From positions 608,001 to 672,000 of the forward strand of contig CAVPZX010000002.1 in assembly GCA_963710375.1 (NCBI GenBank): a stretch of DNA of 64,000 bases. The letters run 5' to 3'. The notes beneath the pieces are model-generated. The model was not told where the DNA came from and made no database searches. It saw nothing but the letters and a program-made list of their open reading frames with translations. The translations under genes and the position numbers were made by a program. How positions within the stretch are numbered: the first letter of the stretch is position 1; each line of letters opens with the position of its first letter. Below, piece after piece: positions 50,802 through 60,350 of this stretch. The stretch comes from Nitrospirota bacterium. GTDB taxonomy: Bacteria > Nitrospirota > Thermodesulfovibrionia > Thermodesulfovibrionales > Dissulfurispiraceae.

Positions 50802-51347
50802 TCACAGCTTGCTCAGCGCCCGCCTGACAGACTTTTCCTTTTTTGAAAGTTTATAAGGGTTGCCCTTTCCGGCAAAAGCATCTTCGTCATACTCGCCGGA
50901 ATCTTTCCACTCAGCAGTTTCCCCATGTATATCCTCGTCATATCCGGACCCCCCTGCCGTTCCCTCCTTGTTTCCCGCAGCTTTTTCCGACACGATCCGG
51001 ATAAATGCGTCCGATGGCACAGGGATCGAATTTACCGCCCATGCATGGTTAACAATGTCCCTGTCCGAGGTCACAACGATCCATTCCTTCCGATCTTTTG
51101 TAATAATCCTCTTTATAACCTCGTCAGCCTTTTCGGCAAGCTTGGAATAAATGACGGCAACTCCCCCGCGGACCGCTTTGTTCTCATGGCCCTTACCGGC
51201 CTTATAGCCGTCAAATACAATGGTTATATCATGCCCTTTGATCAGCCTATACCGTACCATGAGGTCAATAAGGTCCTCGCGAGCTTTCTCCAGATTGTAG
51301 TGGTCAGGACCTATGATATTATATCCGTCAATTATAATGCTGGAAAT
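50802..51347 (-). CDS. NYN/YacP (Rae1-like) ribonuclease, apparently ATT-initiated
   Basis: IIIDGYNII motif lies upstream of the first ATG; VFDG, ADE.I, VTSDR; GGAGG lies just upstream of the ATT. Confidence 0.85.
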   Translation of the reverse strand: MSSIIIDGYNIIGPDHYNLEKAREDLIDLMVRYRLIKGHDITIVFDGYKAGKGHENKAVRGGVAVIYSKLAEKADEVIKRIITKDRKEWIVVTSDRDIVNHAWAVNSIPVPSDAFIRIVSEKAAGNKEGTAGGSGYDEDIHGETAEWKDSGEYDEDAFAGKGNPYKLSKKEKSVRRALSKL

Positions 51348-51367
51348 GGCGCCCTCCCAAAAAAAAC

Positions 51368-51473
51368 CGTGAATCGTGAATCAAAAGACGTGAAAAGTGA
51401 ATAGTGAATAGTAAAGGCCAAAAAAATGCCTTGTAGAATACTTGGTGTCATTCACTTTTCACGTCTTTACACG
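51368..51473. repeat. Palindromic heptamer repeat element (GTGAA / TTCAC)
   Basis: cgtgaat cgtgaat ... cgtgaaa agtgaat agtgaat ... ttcac ttttcac. Confidence 0.7.
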
Positions 51474-51634
51474 CGGCTGCATGGTCGCTGCCCGATCAGG
51501 CCCCATGTTTCGTCATCGATTTCATTGATGTACTCTGAAAGCATGTAACTCCCGCCGCACTCCAGGCAGCGCAGGATTACCGACTTTCAGCCTATAACAA
51601 GTCTAAGCTCGCCGTTACACTTCCTGCATTTCAT
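51467..51634 (-). CDS. Small dual-CXXC selenoprotein candidate (55 aa, UGA at codon 16)
   Basis: MKCRKCNGELRLVIG-U-KSVILRCLECGGSYMLSEYINEIDDETWGLIGQRPCSRV; hairpin directly 3' of the UGA. Confidence 0.8.
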
Positions 51635-51747
51635 GAAAAACCCTACCTTTTGGGCTCACGAGCCCTTATAGTAAAAAATACAGTTTTAATATACCATATA
51701 ATTGTCGGCATGCAGAAACCTCCAAACAATACACTAAGGAGTCGATC

Positions 51748-54437
51748 ATGTCTATAAGAAATCTTGAATCTTTTTTCAATCCCAAAAGGATTGCAGTTAT
51801 CGGAGCGAGCGATGACCCCGCTTCTACAGGATACCTTGTTCTCAGGAACATGATCGGCAAAGGATTCAAGGGAGTAGTATATCCCGTGAATCCTTCGCTG
51901 GAGGCGGTGCAGGGGATACAAGCATACAAATCAATCGGCGAAATCACCGAGCCGGTCGATCTGGCGGTTACGACCGTCGGTATTGACGATATCCTTCCCA
52001 CTCTTGAGGAGTGCGGCAAAAAGCGAGTCAAGGGCGTAGCCATAATATCTCCCGACTTTGAGAGCAAGGTCAAAGACCTGCAGCTTTTGGAATCTCAGAT
52101 CAGGCATCTTTCGTTTAAATATGACTTCAGGGTCCTCGGGCCTAACACGCTGGGATTTATCAGGCCGGGTATAAATTTAAATATGAGCCTCTTTCCCAAA
52201 ATGCCTAAGAAAGGCAACATCGCGTTTATTTCCCAGAGCGCTACACTTGCCACCGCACTCCTGGACAGGGCGGTGAGCAAGAATGTAGGCTTCAGCTATA
52301 TTGTTTCGCTTGGAACGAAGCTCGACCTCGGGTTTTCCGACCTGATCGATTTTTTTGGCGTTGACCCCGGGACGAGTGCCATTGTTCTTTACCTCGAACA
52401 TATCCAGCGGGGACGTACATTCATGACCTCTGTCAGGAGCTTTGCGCGCACCAAACCTATAGTTGTCGTCAAGTCAGGCAGATTCGATATATCGGCACAG
52501 GTGGCACATACACATTCAGGGTTTCCTGCCGGCGATGACAAGGTGTACGATGCGGCAATCAAGAGAGCGGGAGCAGTGCGCATATATGAAACTCTTGATC
52601 TCTTCTATATAGTAGAGACGCTTGCCAAACAGCTCCGCCCGAACGGGAAGCGGTTAGCCATCATTTCAAATGCATGGGCCCCGTCCGTTCTTGCAGTAGA
52701 TGCATTGTTGCGCCTTGATGGTGAGCTGCCCATACTCAGTGAAGAGACCACCGGAAGCCTGAAGCAGGAAGTACCTTCAGTAACACAGCCACAGAACCCT
52801 GTCAGCCTCTATACCGATGCCCCACCTAAAGACTACCTGACAGCAATTAAGCATTGCATGAAAGACCCGAACGTTGATGGTGTGCTGGTATTGCATTCAC
52901 CGTATTTCGGCACTGCCCCGACCGAGACAGCATGGGCAGTCGCGGCAGCATTGCAGGGGAATCCCTTTGTTCCCCTCTTTACCGTCTGGATGGGTGATGA
53001 ACAGGTGCTGTCCGCCCGGGAGTATTTAAACGCAAAGGGTATACCTACCTTTGTCACCCCTGAGCAGGCGGTGAGAAGTTTTATTTATATGTACAGCTAT
53101 GATTATAATCTGCAGCTTCTGCAGGAAACACCCGAGGCGATTCTAAAGGACTTCGCCCCTGATACAGGCAGGACGCTCGAAATCTTCAGAAAGGCATCAG
53201 AGGAAAAAAGATACATTCTGGAACTGAATGAAATAAAAGAGATCCTGCAGGCTTACGGTATTCCACTCATCACAACCAGAAAGACCCTGAGCGAAGAGGA
53301 GGCGATGCAAACAGCCGAAAATATCGGATACCCTGTCGTACTAAAGATAGATTCGGAGAAGATTGTTCATAAGCTGGAGAAGGGAGGGGTAATCCTTAAC
53401 CTTAAAGACAGGTCTTCCGTGCAACTTGCCTTCAGGCAGATCAGGAAACTGGCCGCTGACATCGGGGACCCGGAAGCGCATGTCATAGTCCAGCCGATGA
53501 TCCTAAGACAGAGCTTTGAACTGGCATTCGGCGCCAGGAAAGACCCCACCTTTGGAGCAGTAATCGTTTTCGGTACAGGCGGAGAACTTCTTGAAGCAGT
53601 CGGAGATTATGCGGTAGGTCTTCCCCCGCTCAATCAGATGCTCGCAAGGCGCATGATGGAGGAAACCAGGATTTTCAAATATATGCAGACTCAGGAAGTA
53701 TATAAGGATATGCTGCGATTACTCGAAGAAACACTTGTACGGTTTTCTCATCTTATAGTAGATTTCCCCTGCATAAAAGAGGTGAACATTAACCCCTTCG
53801 TCGTCACCGGCAAAGAGGGGCTGGTCCGGGATGCTGCCATGCTGATCGAAAAAGACCAAATGCAGGAATGTGAACAGATGAAAGACGATATTTGTCCTCC
53901 CCACCTTTCTATCTGCCCCTATCCTTTTAAATACGTCAGAGAGGTCGTGCTCAAAGACGGAAAAGCAGCGGGCATCAGGCCGATCCGGCCCGAAGATGAA
54001 CCGCTCATCTATGACTCTTTAAGTCGCTTTCCGATGACACCATTATGTTCAGATTCTGCCAGCGTCTGACCGATATACCGCATGAACGGCTTGTGCGCTA
54101 TTGTCAGATCGATTATGACAGGGAACTGGCCTTTGTCGCAGTAATCAGGGAAACTCCGGACCGTGAAAAGATCATTGCCGACATTAGAATCATAAAAATG
54201 CCTGACCTTGAAACCGCTGAACTTGCAATTCTTGTGGCCGATGGGTGGCAGGGGCACGGCATCGGCACCATGCTTATGGACTATTGCATCGAGGTTGCCG
54301 CTCAATCAGGAATAAAGCTCATCTGGATGGAGATATTGAAAACAAACTCGAAGATGCTGCATCTTTCTCAGGCAAGCGGGTTTAAGCTTTCCTATGATGA
54401 TGAAGATATGATAAGAGTTACACGCGAGATTAGCTGA
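51748..54437 (+). CDS. pat: Bifunctional acyl-CoA ligase-like / GNAT protein acetyltransferase (Pat); -1 frameshift near 54016
   Basis: IAVIGAS, GPN.LG, SQS, GYPVVLK, DPTFG.VI.FG.GG, IRPIRPEDE, then GNAT domain (IDYDRELA, WQGHGIG) in the next frame. Confidence 0.88.
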
Positions 54438-54551
54438 CCCGCGCGTTCCTGTGCGTGTTGACAAGACGAATACATTGTGGTAAATTGGGACGTCGCAAAG
54501 TATGGTTTAATACCCTGATTTATAGAAGAATAAACCAAATAGGAGAATATA

Positions 54552-55655
54552 ATGAAGAGAGGACTGAAAACAGTATTGGTTTTATCTCTATCTTTTATAA
54601 TGTCCGCAGCATTCATACAATGTGGTGGAGGCCACGCTCCGCAAAGTAGTGGCGAATCTGTCAATGGCAGCGGTGCTTCCAATAGCAGCGGCGCTTCCAA
54701 TTCCAGCGGCGCCTCCAATTCCACGATAACACCTACTGTTGGCGCTAATCCAGCCAGCATTGCTATAGACGCCTCCGGTGATGTATGGGTGACAAATTTC
54801 GGCGTCAACAGCGTTACAGAGTTGACCTCTGCCGGGGCGTCCAACAGCACATATGGCACATTATCATTCGGCGGCGCAAGTCCGTTTGGCATTGCCCTGG
54901 ACTATCTGGGCTTTATTTGGACAGCAGACTATGACGACAACTCTGTTACAATGATAGAATTTAACGTGCCCGCATTTAATGCCACGACCTGTCCTAACGG
55001 TTTTCAAGGCTCCGGACAAACTGTGTACCGTAAATTTACCGCTGCCGAAGGCATTGGGACGGGGCCGCACGGTATTGCTATAGACGCCTCCGGCAATATC
55101 TGGGTCACAAATTACGGCACCACCTCAACTGCCGGTACCACTGTTACAAAGATGATCCCGACTTTCAGCCAGTTTTGTTTTACTACGTCCCCGTCTGTAG
55201 TGACTGTGACACCCGCTCCCTCTTCTCCCTTCACAGTCGGCAATAATCCTTATGGCGTTGCTATTGACGCTTACGGCAATGCCTGGGTTTCAAATTACGG
55301 AAGCAACAATGTCACAGAGTTAAGCTCCAGCGGGGCAGTGCTTAATACATATACCGTCGGCATCGGGCCGCGAGGCATCGCCGTAGATCCATCCGGCAAT
55401 GTGTGGGTTGCAAATTTCGGTACAACCACTACGCCGGGCAACACAATTACAGAATTAAACAGTAAAGGGACCTTTCTTAATACATACACAGTCGGATTTA
55501 ATCCGGAAGGAATCGCCATAGACCCATCGGGCAATGTCTGGGTGGCAAATTATTATGCTAACAACACAAATCACCTCACCGGCACTCTAACTTCCTTGAG
55601 AGATACATCACCAGGAACACATTTCTTCCCGTATGCCGGCCCTATTTGGCCGTAA
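54552..55655 (+). CDS. NHL-repeat beta-propeller lipoprotein
   Basis: Signal peptide with Cys, SGASNS linker repeats, about 6 P.GIA.D.SGNVWV.N repeats. Confidence 0.8.
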   Translation: MKRGLKTVLVLSLSFIMSAAFIQCGGGHAPQSSGESVNGSGASNSSGASNSSGASNSTITPTVGANPASIAIDASGDVWVTNFGVNSVTELTSAGASNSTYGTLSFGGASPFGIALDYLGFIWTADYDDNSVTMIEFNVPAFNATTCPNGFQGSGQTVYRKFTAAEGIGTGPHGIAIDASGNIWVTNYGTTSTAGTTVTKMIPTFSQFCFTTSPSVVTVTPAPSSPFTVGNNPYGVAIDAYGNAWVSNYGSNNVTELSSSGAVLNTYTVGIGPRGIAVDPSGNVWVANFGTTTTPGNTITELNSKGTFLNTYTVGFNPEGIAIDPSGNVWVANYYANNTNHLTGTLTSLRDTSPGTHFFPYAGPIWP

Positions 55656-55661
55656 TGATAT

Positions 55662-56942
55662 TTAAGTTCTACCGGCAACTTTAAATGTTGACGCTGCGAG
55701 GCCTTTCAGATACTGTATTCTCTCGCTCACTGGAGGGTGAGAGTAATACAATGCGACATACAATGGGTGAGGATAGAAATTGGAGAGGTTTTCCTCTGAA
55801 AGCTTTATAAGGGCACTCTCCATGCTCCCTGCATCCCCGGTTAGTTCGTATGATGCCAGATCAGCCTCACGCTCATTCCTCCTTAGGAAAAAGTTGCCGA
55901 GCGGCCTCAGCGGAAACAGGAAAATTCCTGAAACAAAACCAAGCAAAAGCAATTTTACAAAAAGCGTATCGGCACCTATTCCAAAGACATGAAGGAGTAT
56001 ATCGCTTTGGATAATCCTATATGAAACATATATACCAAGAAATGAAAATATCTCAAAGACAGCGAGCGTCTTAAGCAGATGCTTCCTTTTCCAGTGGCCG
56101 ATCTCATGGGCAAGCACGGAGAGAATTTCATTGGCGTCCATATGCTCAAGAAGCGTGTCATAAAGGACCACCCTTTTTGTCCGCCCTATCCCCGTAAAGT
56201 AGGCATTCGTGTGCCTGCTCCTTCTTGATGCATCGACCTTCAATATCCTGCTTGCCTGAATGCCGGCCTTTTTTGTCAGTTCAATTATTTTATCCTTGAG
56301 CGTCTCATCCTGAACAGGACTGAATTTGTTAAACAGCGGCTCAATGACATACGGTGCTATATACATAACAATCATGCTGAAAATAAAAAGAAAGCCCCAT
56401 ACCCAGAACCACCAGAAGCGGGGGCTCCATTGAATAAGCGAGAGACCCACAAAAATGACCAATGAGAGCATGACTGTCGATATAAGCAAGGACTTTATAA
56501 AATCCGATATCCAGAGACGGAATGTCATGGTGTTGAACCCATACTTGTTTTCTATTCTGAAGATAGTATGGAGGCCGAAAGGGGTAGATAATATCTCATC
56601 CGTATAATATAAAAGCATAAAAAAGAGCCATCCGGAAAAAATAAAGGCCAGGTTAAGCGACGAAATCCAGGTATTATACCGGTCAAGCAGACCGGCAAAG
56701 ATGAATGCAATGACGACAAGATTTCCGAACAGCGAGGTAACGAAACCGAACATTGCCTTGTCCCTCTCGTAGGCCTGCATCCTTTCGAGCATCCGCTCAT
56801 CGACCTTGCCCTCAAACTCCGGCGGTATTTTAGTGCCGGCTTTCCCCACGTGCCTTAGATTGAGATATTGCACTATGTATTGAAACGCCTCTTCAAGGAT
56901 ATAGAGGAAAAAGATCAAATAAAATACGGATTTAAAGTCCAT
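55662..56942 (-). CDS. M48 (Ste24-type) zinc metallopeptidase
   Basis: PLFNKF, NAYFTG.G..KR.VLYDTL, HEIGH, E.EAD, YSHP. Confidence 0.93.
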   Translation of the reverse strand: MDFKSVFYLIFFLYILEEAFQYIVQYLNLRHVGKAGTKIPPEFEGKVDERMLERMQAYERDKAMFGFVTSLFGNLVVIAFIFAGLLDRYNTWISSLNLAFIFSGWLFFMLLYYTDEILSTPFGLHTIFRIENKYGFNTMTFRLWISDFIKSLLISTVMLSLVIFVGLSLIQWSPRFWWFWVWGFLFIFSMIVMYIAPYVIEPLFNKFSPVQDETLKDKIIELTKKAGIQASRILKVDASRRSRHTNAYFTGIGRTKRVVLYDTLLEHMDANEILSVLAHEIGHWKRKHLLKTLAVFEIFSFLGIYVSYRIIQSDILLHVFGIGADTLFVKLLLLGFVSGIFLFPLRPLGNFFLRRNEREADLASYELTGDAGSMESALIKLSEENLSNFYPHPLYVALYYSHPPVSERIQYLKGLAASTFKVAGRT

Positions 56943-56956
56943 AGGTAATTATATAC

Positions 56957-57192
56957 TAATCCATATTATTCATAAATTTATACGAGGAGCAGGCGGGACA
57001 TGGTGCTGAGCGGACTTTGACAGCCTAAGGGACACCAAGGATGGTGACACAGGCTGTCATAGCCTCGGAGCAAGGCTGGACGCCTTGCGAGAAGACGGGG
57101 TCCCCGAAAGGTCGAAGACCTTTGGGGTGGCAGTTGAGTGAAGCACTGTGGCCTGACTGCTCCTTGTATAAATTTATGAATAATATGGGTTA
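56957..57192. mobile_element. MITE-like element, 36-bp TIRs with a GC-rich multi-hairpin core
   Basis: TAATCCATATTATTCATAAATTTATACGAGGAGCAG ... CTGCTCCTTGTATAAATTTATGAATAATATGGGTTA (34/36). Confidence 0.75.
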
Positions 57193-57237
57193 CGGCTTTG
57201 TTTCCTGTCTTCGGTAATTTGTTACAATAACGACATT

Positions 57238-57879
57238 ATGCTGAAAAGACAGATTGCTGTCGGCGACATACACGGCTGTTTTGATTTGCTCAAAACGCTG
57301 GTCGAAAAAATCATAAGGTTCACGCCTGATGAGGACATGCTCATATTTACCGGCGATTATATAGACAGGGGAAAAAAGTCCAAAGAGGTAGTCCAGTATT
57401 TAAGCGAACTGAAAGAAAAATTCCCCGATAACGTCGTACTCCTCAAAGGGAATCATGAGGACCTTGCCTATAATGCGCTGACAGATCCTGACCCGGAAAA
57501 AGAAATGCTTTTTTGGCGTTTAAACGGAGGCACTGCTACTGTAATCAGCTTCAGCGGCATAAGGAATTCTAGAGAATGCCTCATCCCATTTATCGAATCA
57601 CTGCAGCTTTATTATGAAACCGATACGCACATCTTTGTACACGGGGGCATCCCTCGCGGCAAAGACCTGAGCACCGCCACTCCCGAAGATCTGCTCTGGG
57701 ACAGAGAATTCTCTTATGATGGAGAGAAAACTCTCGTTGTAGGGCACACCCCAAAGAGCATAGTCACCAATTTCAACAGCGGCAAAATAATCTGCGTCGA
57801 TACCGGGGCATATATGACCGGTATCCTGTCTGCCTATGATGTGATTAATAATAAGGTGTATAAAACAACAGGGGAATAG
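57238..57879 (+). CDS. Metallophosphoesterase (PPP-type Ser/Thr phosphatase-like)
   Basis: GDIHG, GDYIDRG, GNHE, VHGG, GHTP, DTGA. Confidence 0.9.
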   Translation: MLKRQIAVGDIHGCFDLLKTLVEKIIRFTPDEDMLIFTGDYIDRGKKSKEVVQYLSELKEKFPDNVVLLKGNHEDLAYNALTDPDPEKEMLFWRLNGGTATVISFSGIRNSRECLIPFIESLQLYYETDTHIFVHGGIPRGKDLSTATPEDLLWDREFSYDGEKTLVVGHTPKSIVTNFNSGKIICVDTGAYMTGILSAYDVINNKVYKTTGE

Positions 57880-57894
57880 GAAGGTCAGGGTTCG

Positions 57895-58563
57895 CTATTT
57901 CCGGACAACCTGTCCTGTCGGCTCCCATGTGAGGGCCTTTACCGGAGGTGGAGGACGAAAACTCTCTACCAGGTCCCCTATCCTCGCACTGCTGAAATGC
58001 TTTATTCTTATGCCGGCCAGCTGTCCCTGCACAACCTTCTTTACCGCTGTATCTCCTACATGGAGCGACTCTATAGTGCCTTCGAAAACAGGCCCCATGG
58101 CAGAGATAACGCGGAAGCGTTCGCCAATAGAAAAAACGCCTTCCATAACTTCGCATCCAATGATGATACCCTTCCTGCTGCTTTTGAAAAGGGCTATTAT
58201 TTTGCCGGAGCCAATTACCTGCTCCTCTGGAAAATGGGGGACCAGGGCCCCGGCAATAGCCTTGATGTCATCGATGAGATTGTAAATCACATCATAAAGG
58301 CGCACCTCCACCCTTTGCTCCCTTAACAACTTATCCAGGAACGGCATAACGCCGGTCTGAAAACCAATGATGAGCCTGCTTGCAGTCTCGGCAAAAAGAA
58401 CATCGGATTTGCTGATGGCCCCGATGCCGCTGTGGATAACGCTGATATCGACATCGGTCACGGTCAGTGCTGCAAGGCTATTGGTGACAGCCTCCACGCT
58501 TCCGGCTGTATCGCATTTAAGGACTATTTCGAGCTTTGTCTTTTTACTTTGCGGTGGAACCAT
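57895..58563 (-). CDS. Stand-alone IF2 C-terminal (C1+C2) domain protein
   Basis: LKCD..GSVEA, IHSGIGAISKSDV, IIGF, YDVIYNLIDDI, IGCEV.EG, IGDLVESF; no GTPase domain. Confidence 0.8.
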   Translation of the reverse strand: MVPPQSKKTKLEIVLKCDTAGSVEAVTNSLAALTVTDVDISVIHSGIGAISKSDVLFAETASRLIIGFQTGVMPFLDKLLREQRVEVRLYDVIYNLIDDIKAIAGALVPHFPEEQVIGSGKIIALFKSSRKGIIIGCEVMEGVFSIGERFRVISAMGPVFEGTIESLHVGDTAVKKVVQGQLAGIRIKHFSSARIGDLVESFRPPPPVKALTWEPTGQVVRK

Positions 58564-58604
58564 ATTCAAATCATAGGGCACCAGCCAAGTGCTGTCAATT
58601 CCAT

Positions 58605-58786
58605 AGGGCTCGCGAATAAATAACTTGTGCATTCAGGCGCTCAGATTTAGGTCAGATTTGGCTGATCCGACTGAGCAAAACCGCAGGCGTAGCATCGCTA
58701 CGTTGAGGATTTTGCGACTGAGGATCGGGCAAAGCTGGCCTGAAGCTTAGATGCATCAATGTGCAAGTTATTTATTAGCGAGCCCT
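58605..58786. mobile_element. MITE-like element, ~29-bp TIRs, whole element palindromic
   Basis: AGGGCTCGCGAATAAATAACTTGTGCATT ... AATGTGCAAGTTATTTATTAGCGAGCCCT; central CGTAGC-atc-GCTACG. Confidence 0.75.
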
Positions 58787-58834
58787 TAACCTTTACATTT
58801 GCTCTTTTTTTCATGTATTCTTAAAAACCATACC

Positions 58835-59497
58835 ATGATAGACCTGCATACTCACAGCATATTCAGTGACGGCGAGCTTATTCCAGCTGAACTCATCCGG
58901 CGGGCTGTCGCAAAGGGCTACAGCGCCCTGGCCATTACAGACCACGTTGACCAGTCAAATATTGATTTTATTGTACCCCGGATAGTAAAGGTAATCGAAA
59001 GCATGCGTCAACACCTCCCTATTCCGGTGCTCGCAGGCGCTGAAATAACGCATGTGCCGCCGGCGTTAATACCCGGCATAATAAAAGAGGCCCGGTTGCT
59101 GGGAGCACAAATAATAGTTGTCCACGGGGAGACCATAGTCGAGCCGGTGGCGGAAGGCACGAACAGGGCAGCCATTGAGGGAGGAGCAGATATTCTCGCA
59201 CATCCGGGCATTATCTCTCATGAAGACCTGCTGCTTGCTGCAGATGCCGGAATAACCCTTGAGATAACAGTAAGGAAAGGACATAGTCTATCAAACGGAT
59301 ATGTAGCGAGGCATGCGATGGAAACCGGTGTCCAGTTAACCATAGATACCGATGCCCATTCGCCTTCTGACCTCATTACAAAGGATTTTGCCGAACGTGT
59401 TCTGCTGGCTGCAGGGATTGAAAAAAGAGCAGTTGAGCATATATTTCACCATGCCCGCACGCTTGTTGAAAAGGCGCTTGACCGGGGGCAATCATAG
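58835..59497 (+). CDS. PHP-domain protein (histidinol-phosphatase-like)
   Basis: DLHTHS.FSDG, ITDH, VHGET, LAHPG, TDAH. Confidence 0.88.
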   Translation: MIDLHTHSIFSDGELIPAELIRRAVAKGYSALAITDHVDQSNIDFIVPRIVKVIESMRQHLPIPVLAGAEITHVPPALIPGIIKEARLLGAQIIVVHGETIVEPVAEGTNRAAIEGGADILAHPGIISHEDLLLAADAGITLEITVRKGHSLSNGYVARHAMETGVQLTIDTDAHSPSDLITKDFAERVLLAAGIEKRAVEHIFHHARTLVEKALDRGQS

Positions 59498-59530
59498 GCA
59501 GTAAATGCTAAAGTCTTAGGAGGTAAATAG

Positions 59531-60253
59531 ATGCCCAAAGCAATTAAAAAAAGGATCTCCAGGAAAACTCAAGGAGATGACAACCTAGGCGAGGCTGTTG
59601 CCGATATACGAAAAAAGTTTCAGTCGAGGCAGAGTACCCTTGTTTATGCACTTCTCATATTTGTCCTGATAATAATAATTGTCGGCGCCTTCGTGCTTTA
59701 CCACCGCGCAAGTGTTGCCAAGGCGGAAAAGATGGAATATGAGGGGTTCAAAATATTCACCGGCATAACTGCGACGCAATATGCTTCACCTGCGGACCGT
59801 TTTAAAGATGCCCTCCAAAAGTTCCAGGCTTCCTTTGCGGTAAGAAAGAGCCCGACTGCCCTTCTCAATATCGCAAACTGCTACTATGAACTGGGCAATC
59901 TCGACGAGACCCTGAAAACTCTTAAAGAGCTGACTGACCAGTACACCGATCCTAAAATTACTTCTCTCGCCTATTATAAGATGGCAATTACCTATATCAG
60001 AAAGGGTGACCTGAACAGCGCCGTGAATACCTTTGGCATTATATCAAGCATCAAGGATGCTCCGCTGCAGGATATGGCACTGCTTGAAAGCGGTAAGACG
60101 TTGGAATCAATGGGCAGAACCGAAGAGGCCAAGGCCAAATATAACGAACTCATTAACAAATACCCAAAATCTCCCCTGGCCGATGAGGCAAGGTGGCGGC
60201 TCAGCAACAAGCAGTCAACCACAGAGGGCGCAGCGAATAACGCGATAAAATAG
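59531..60253 (+). CDS. Membrane-anchored TPR protein (YfgM-like)
   Basis: AGGAGG RBS, single TM, TPR helices ending YP.S..A. Confidence 0.8.
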   Translation: MPKAIKKRISRKTQGDDNLGEAVADIRKKFQSRQSTLVYALLIFVLIIIIVGAFVLYHRASVAKAEKMEYEGFKIFTGITATQYASPADRFKDALQKFQASFAVRKSPTALLNIANCYYELGNLDETLKTLKELTDQYTDPKITSLAYYKMAITYIRKGDLNSAVNTFGIISSIKDAPLQDMALLESGKTLESMGRTEEAKAKYNELINKYPKSPLADEARWRLSNKQSTTEGAANNAIK

Positions 60254-60257
60254 AAGG

Positions 60258-60334
60258 GGAGAACCGGAGAATCGGCGAATCGGCGAAAAGTCTTTTGCTC
60301 CGATTCACTCTTTCGCCCCTTCCCCGATTCTTCC
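60258..60334. repeat. Palindromic octamer repeat element (GGMGAATC / GATTC)
   Basis: ggagaacc ggagaatc ggcgaatc ggcgaaaa gtcttttgctcc gattcactc ... cc gattctt. Confidence 0.65.
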
Positions 60335-60350
60335 TATGCATTCTGTGGAG

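Noticed and set aside
54668..54722. 18-bp tandem repeat
   Set aside because: Ordinary SGASNS low-complexity linker in a lipoprotein
58564..58632. N-terminal 23 aa of the 245-aa IF2-like ORF
   Set aside because: Its ATG lies inside the MITE TIR; the probable start is 58563
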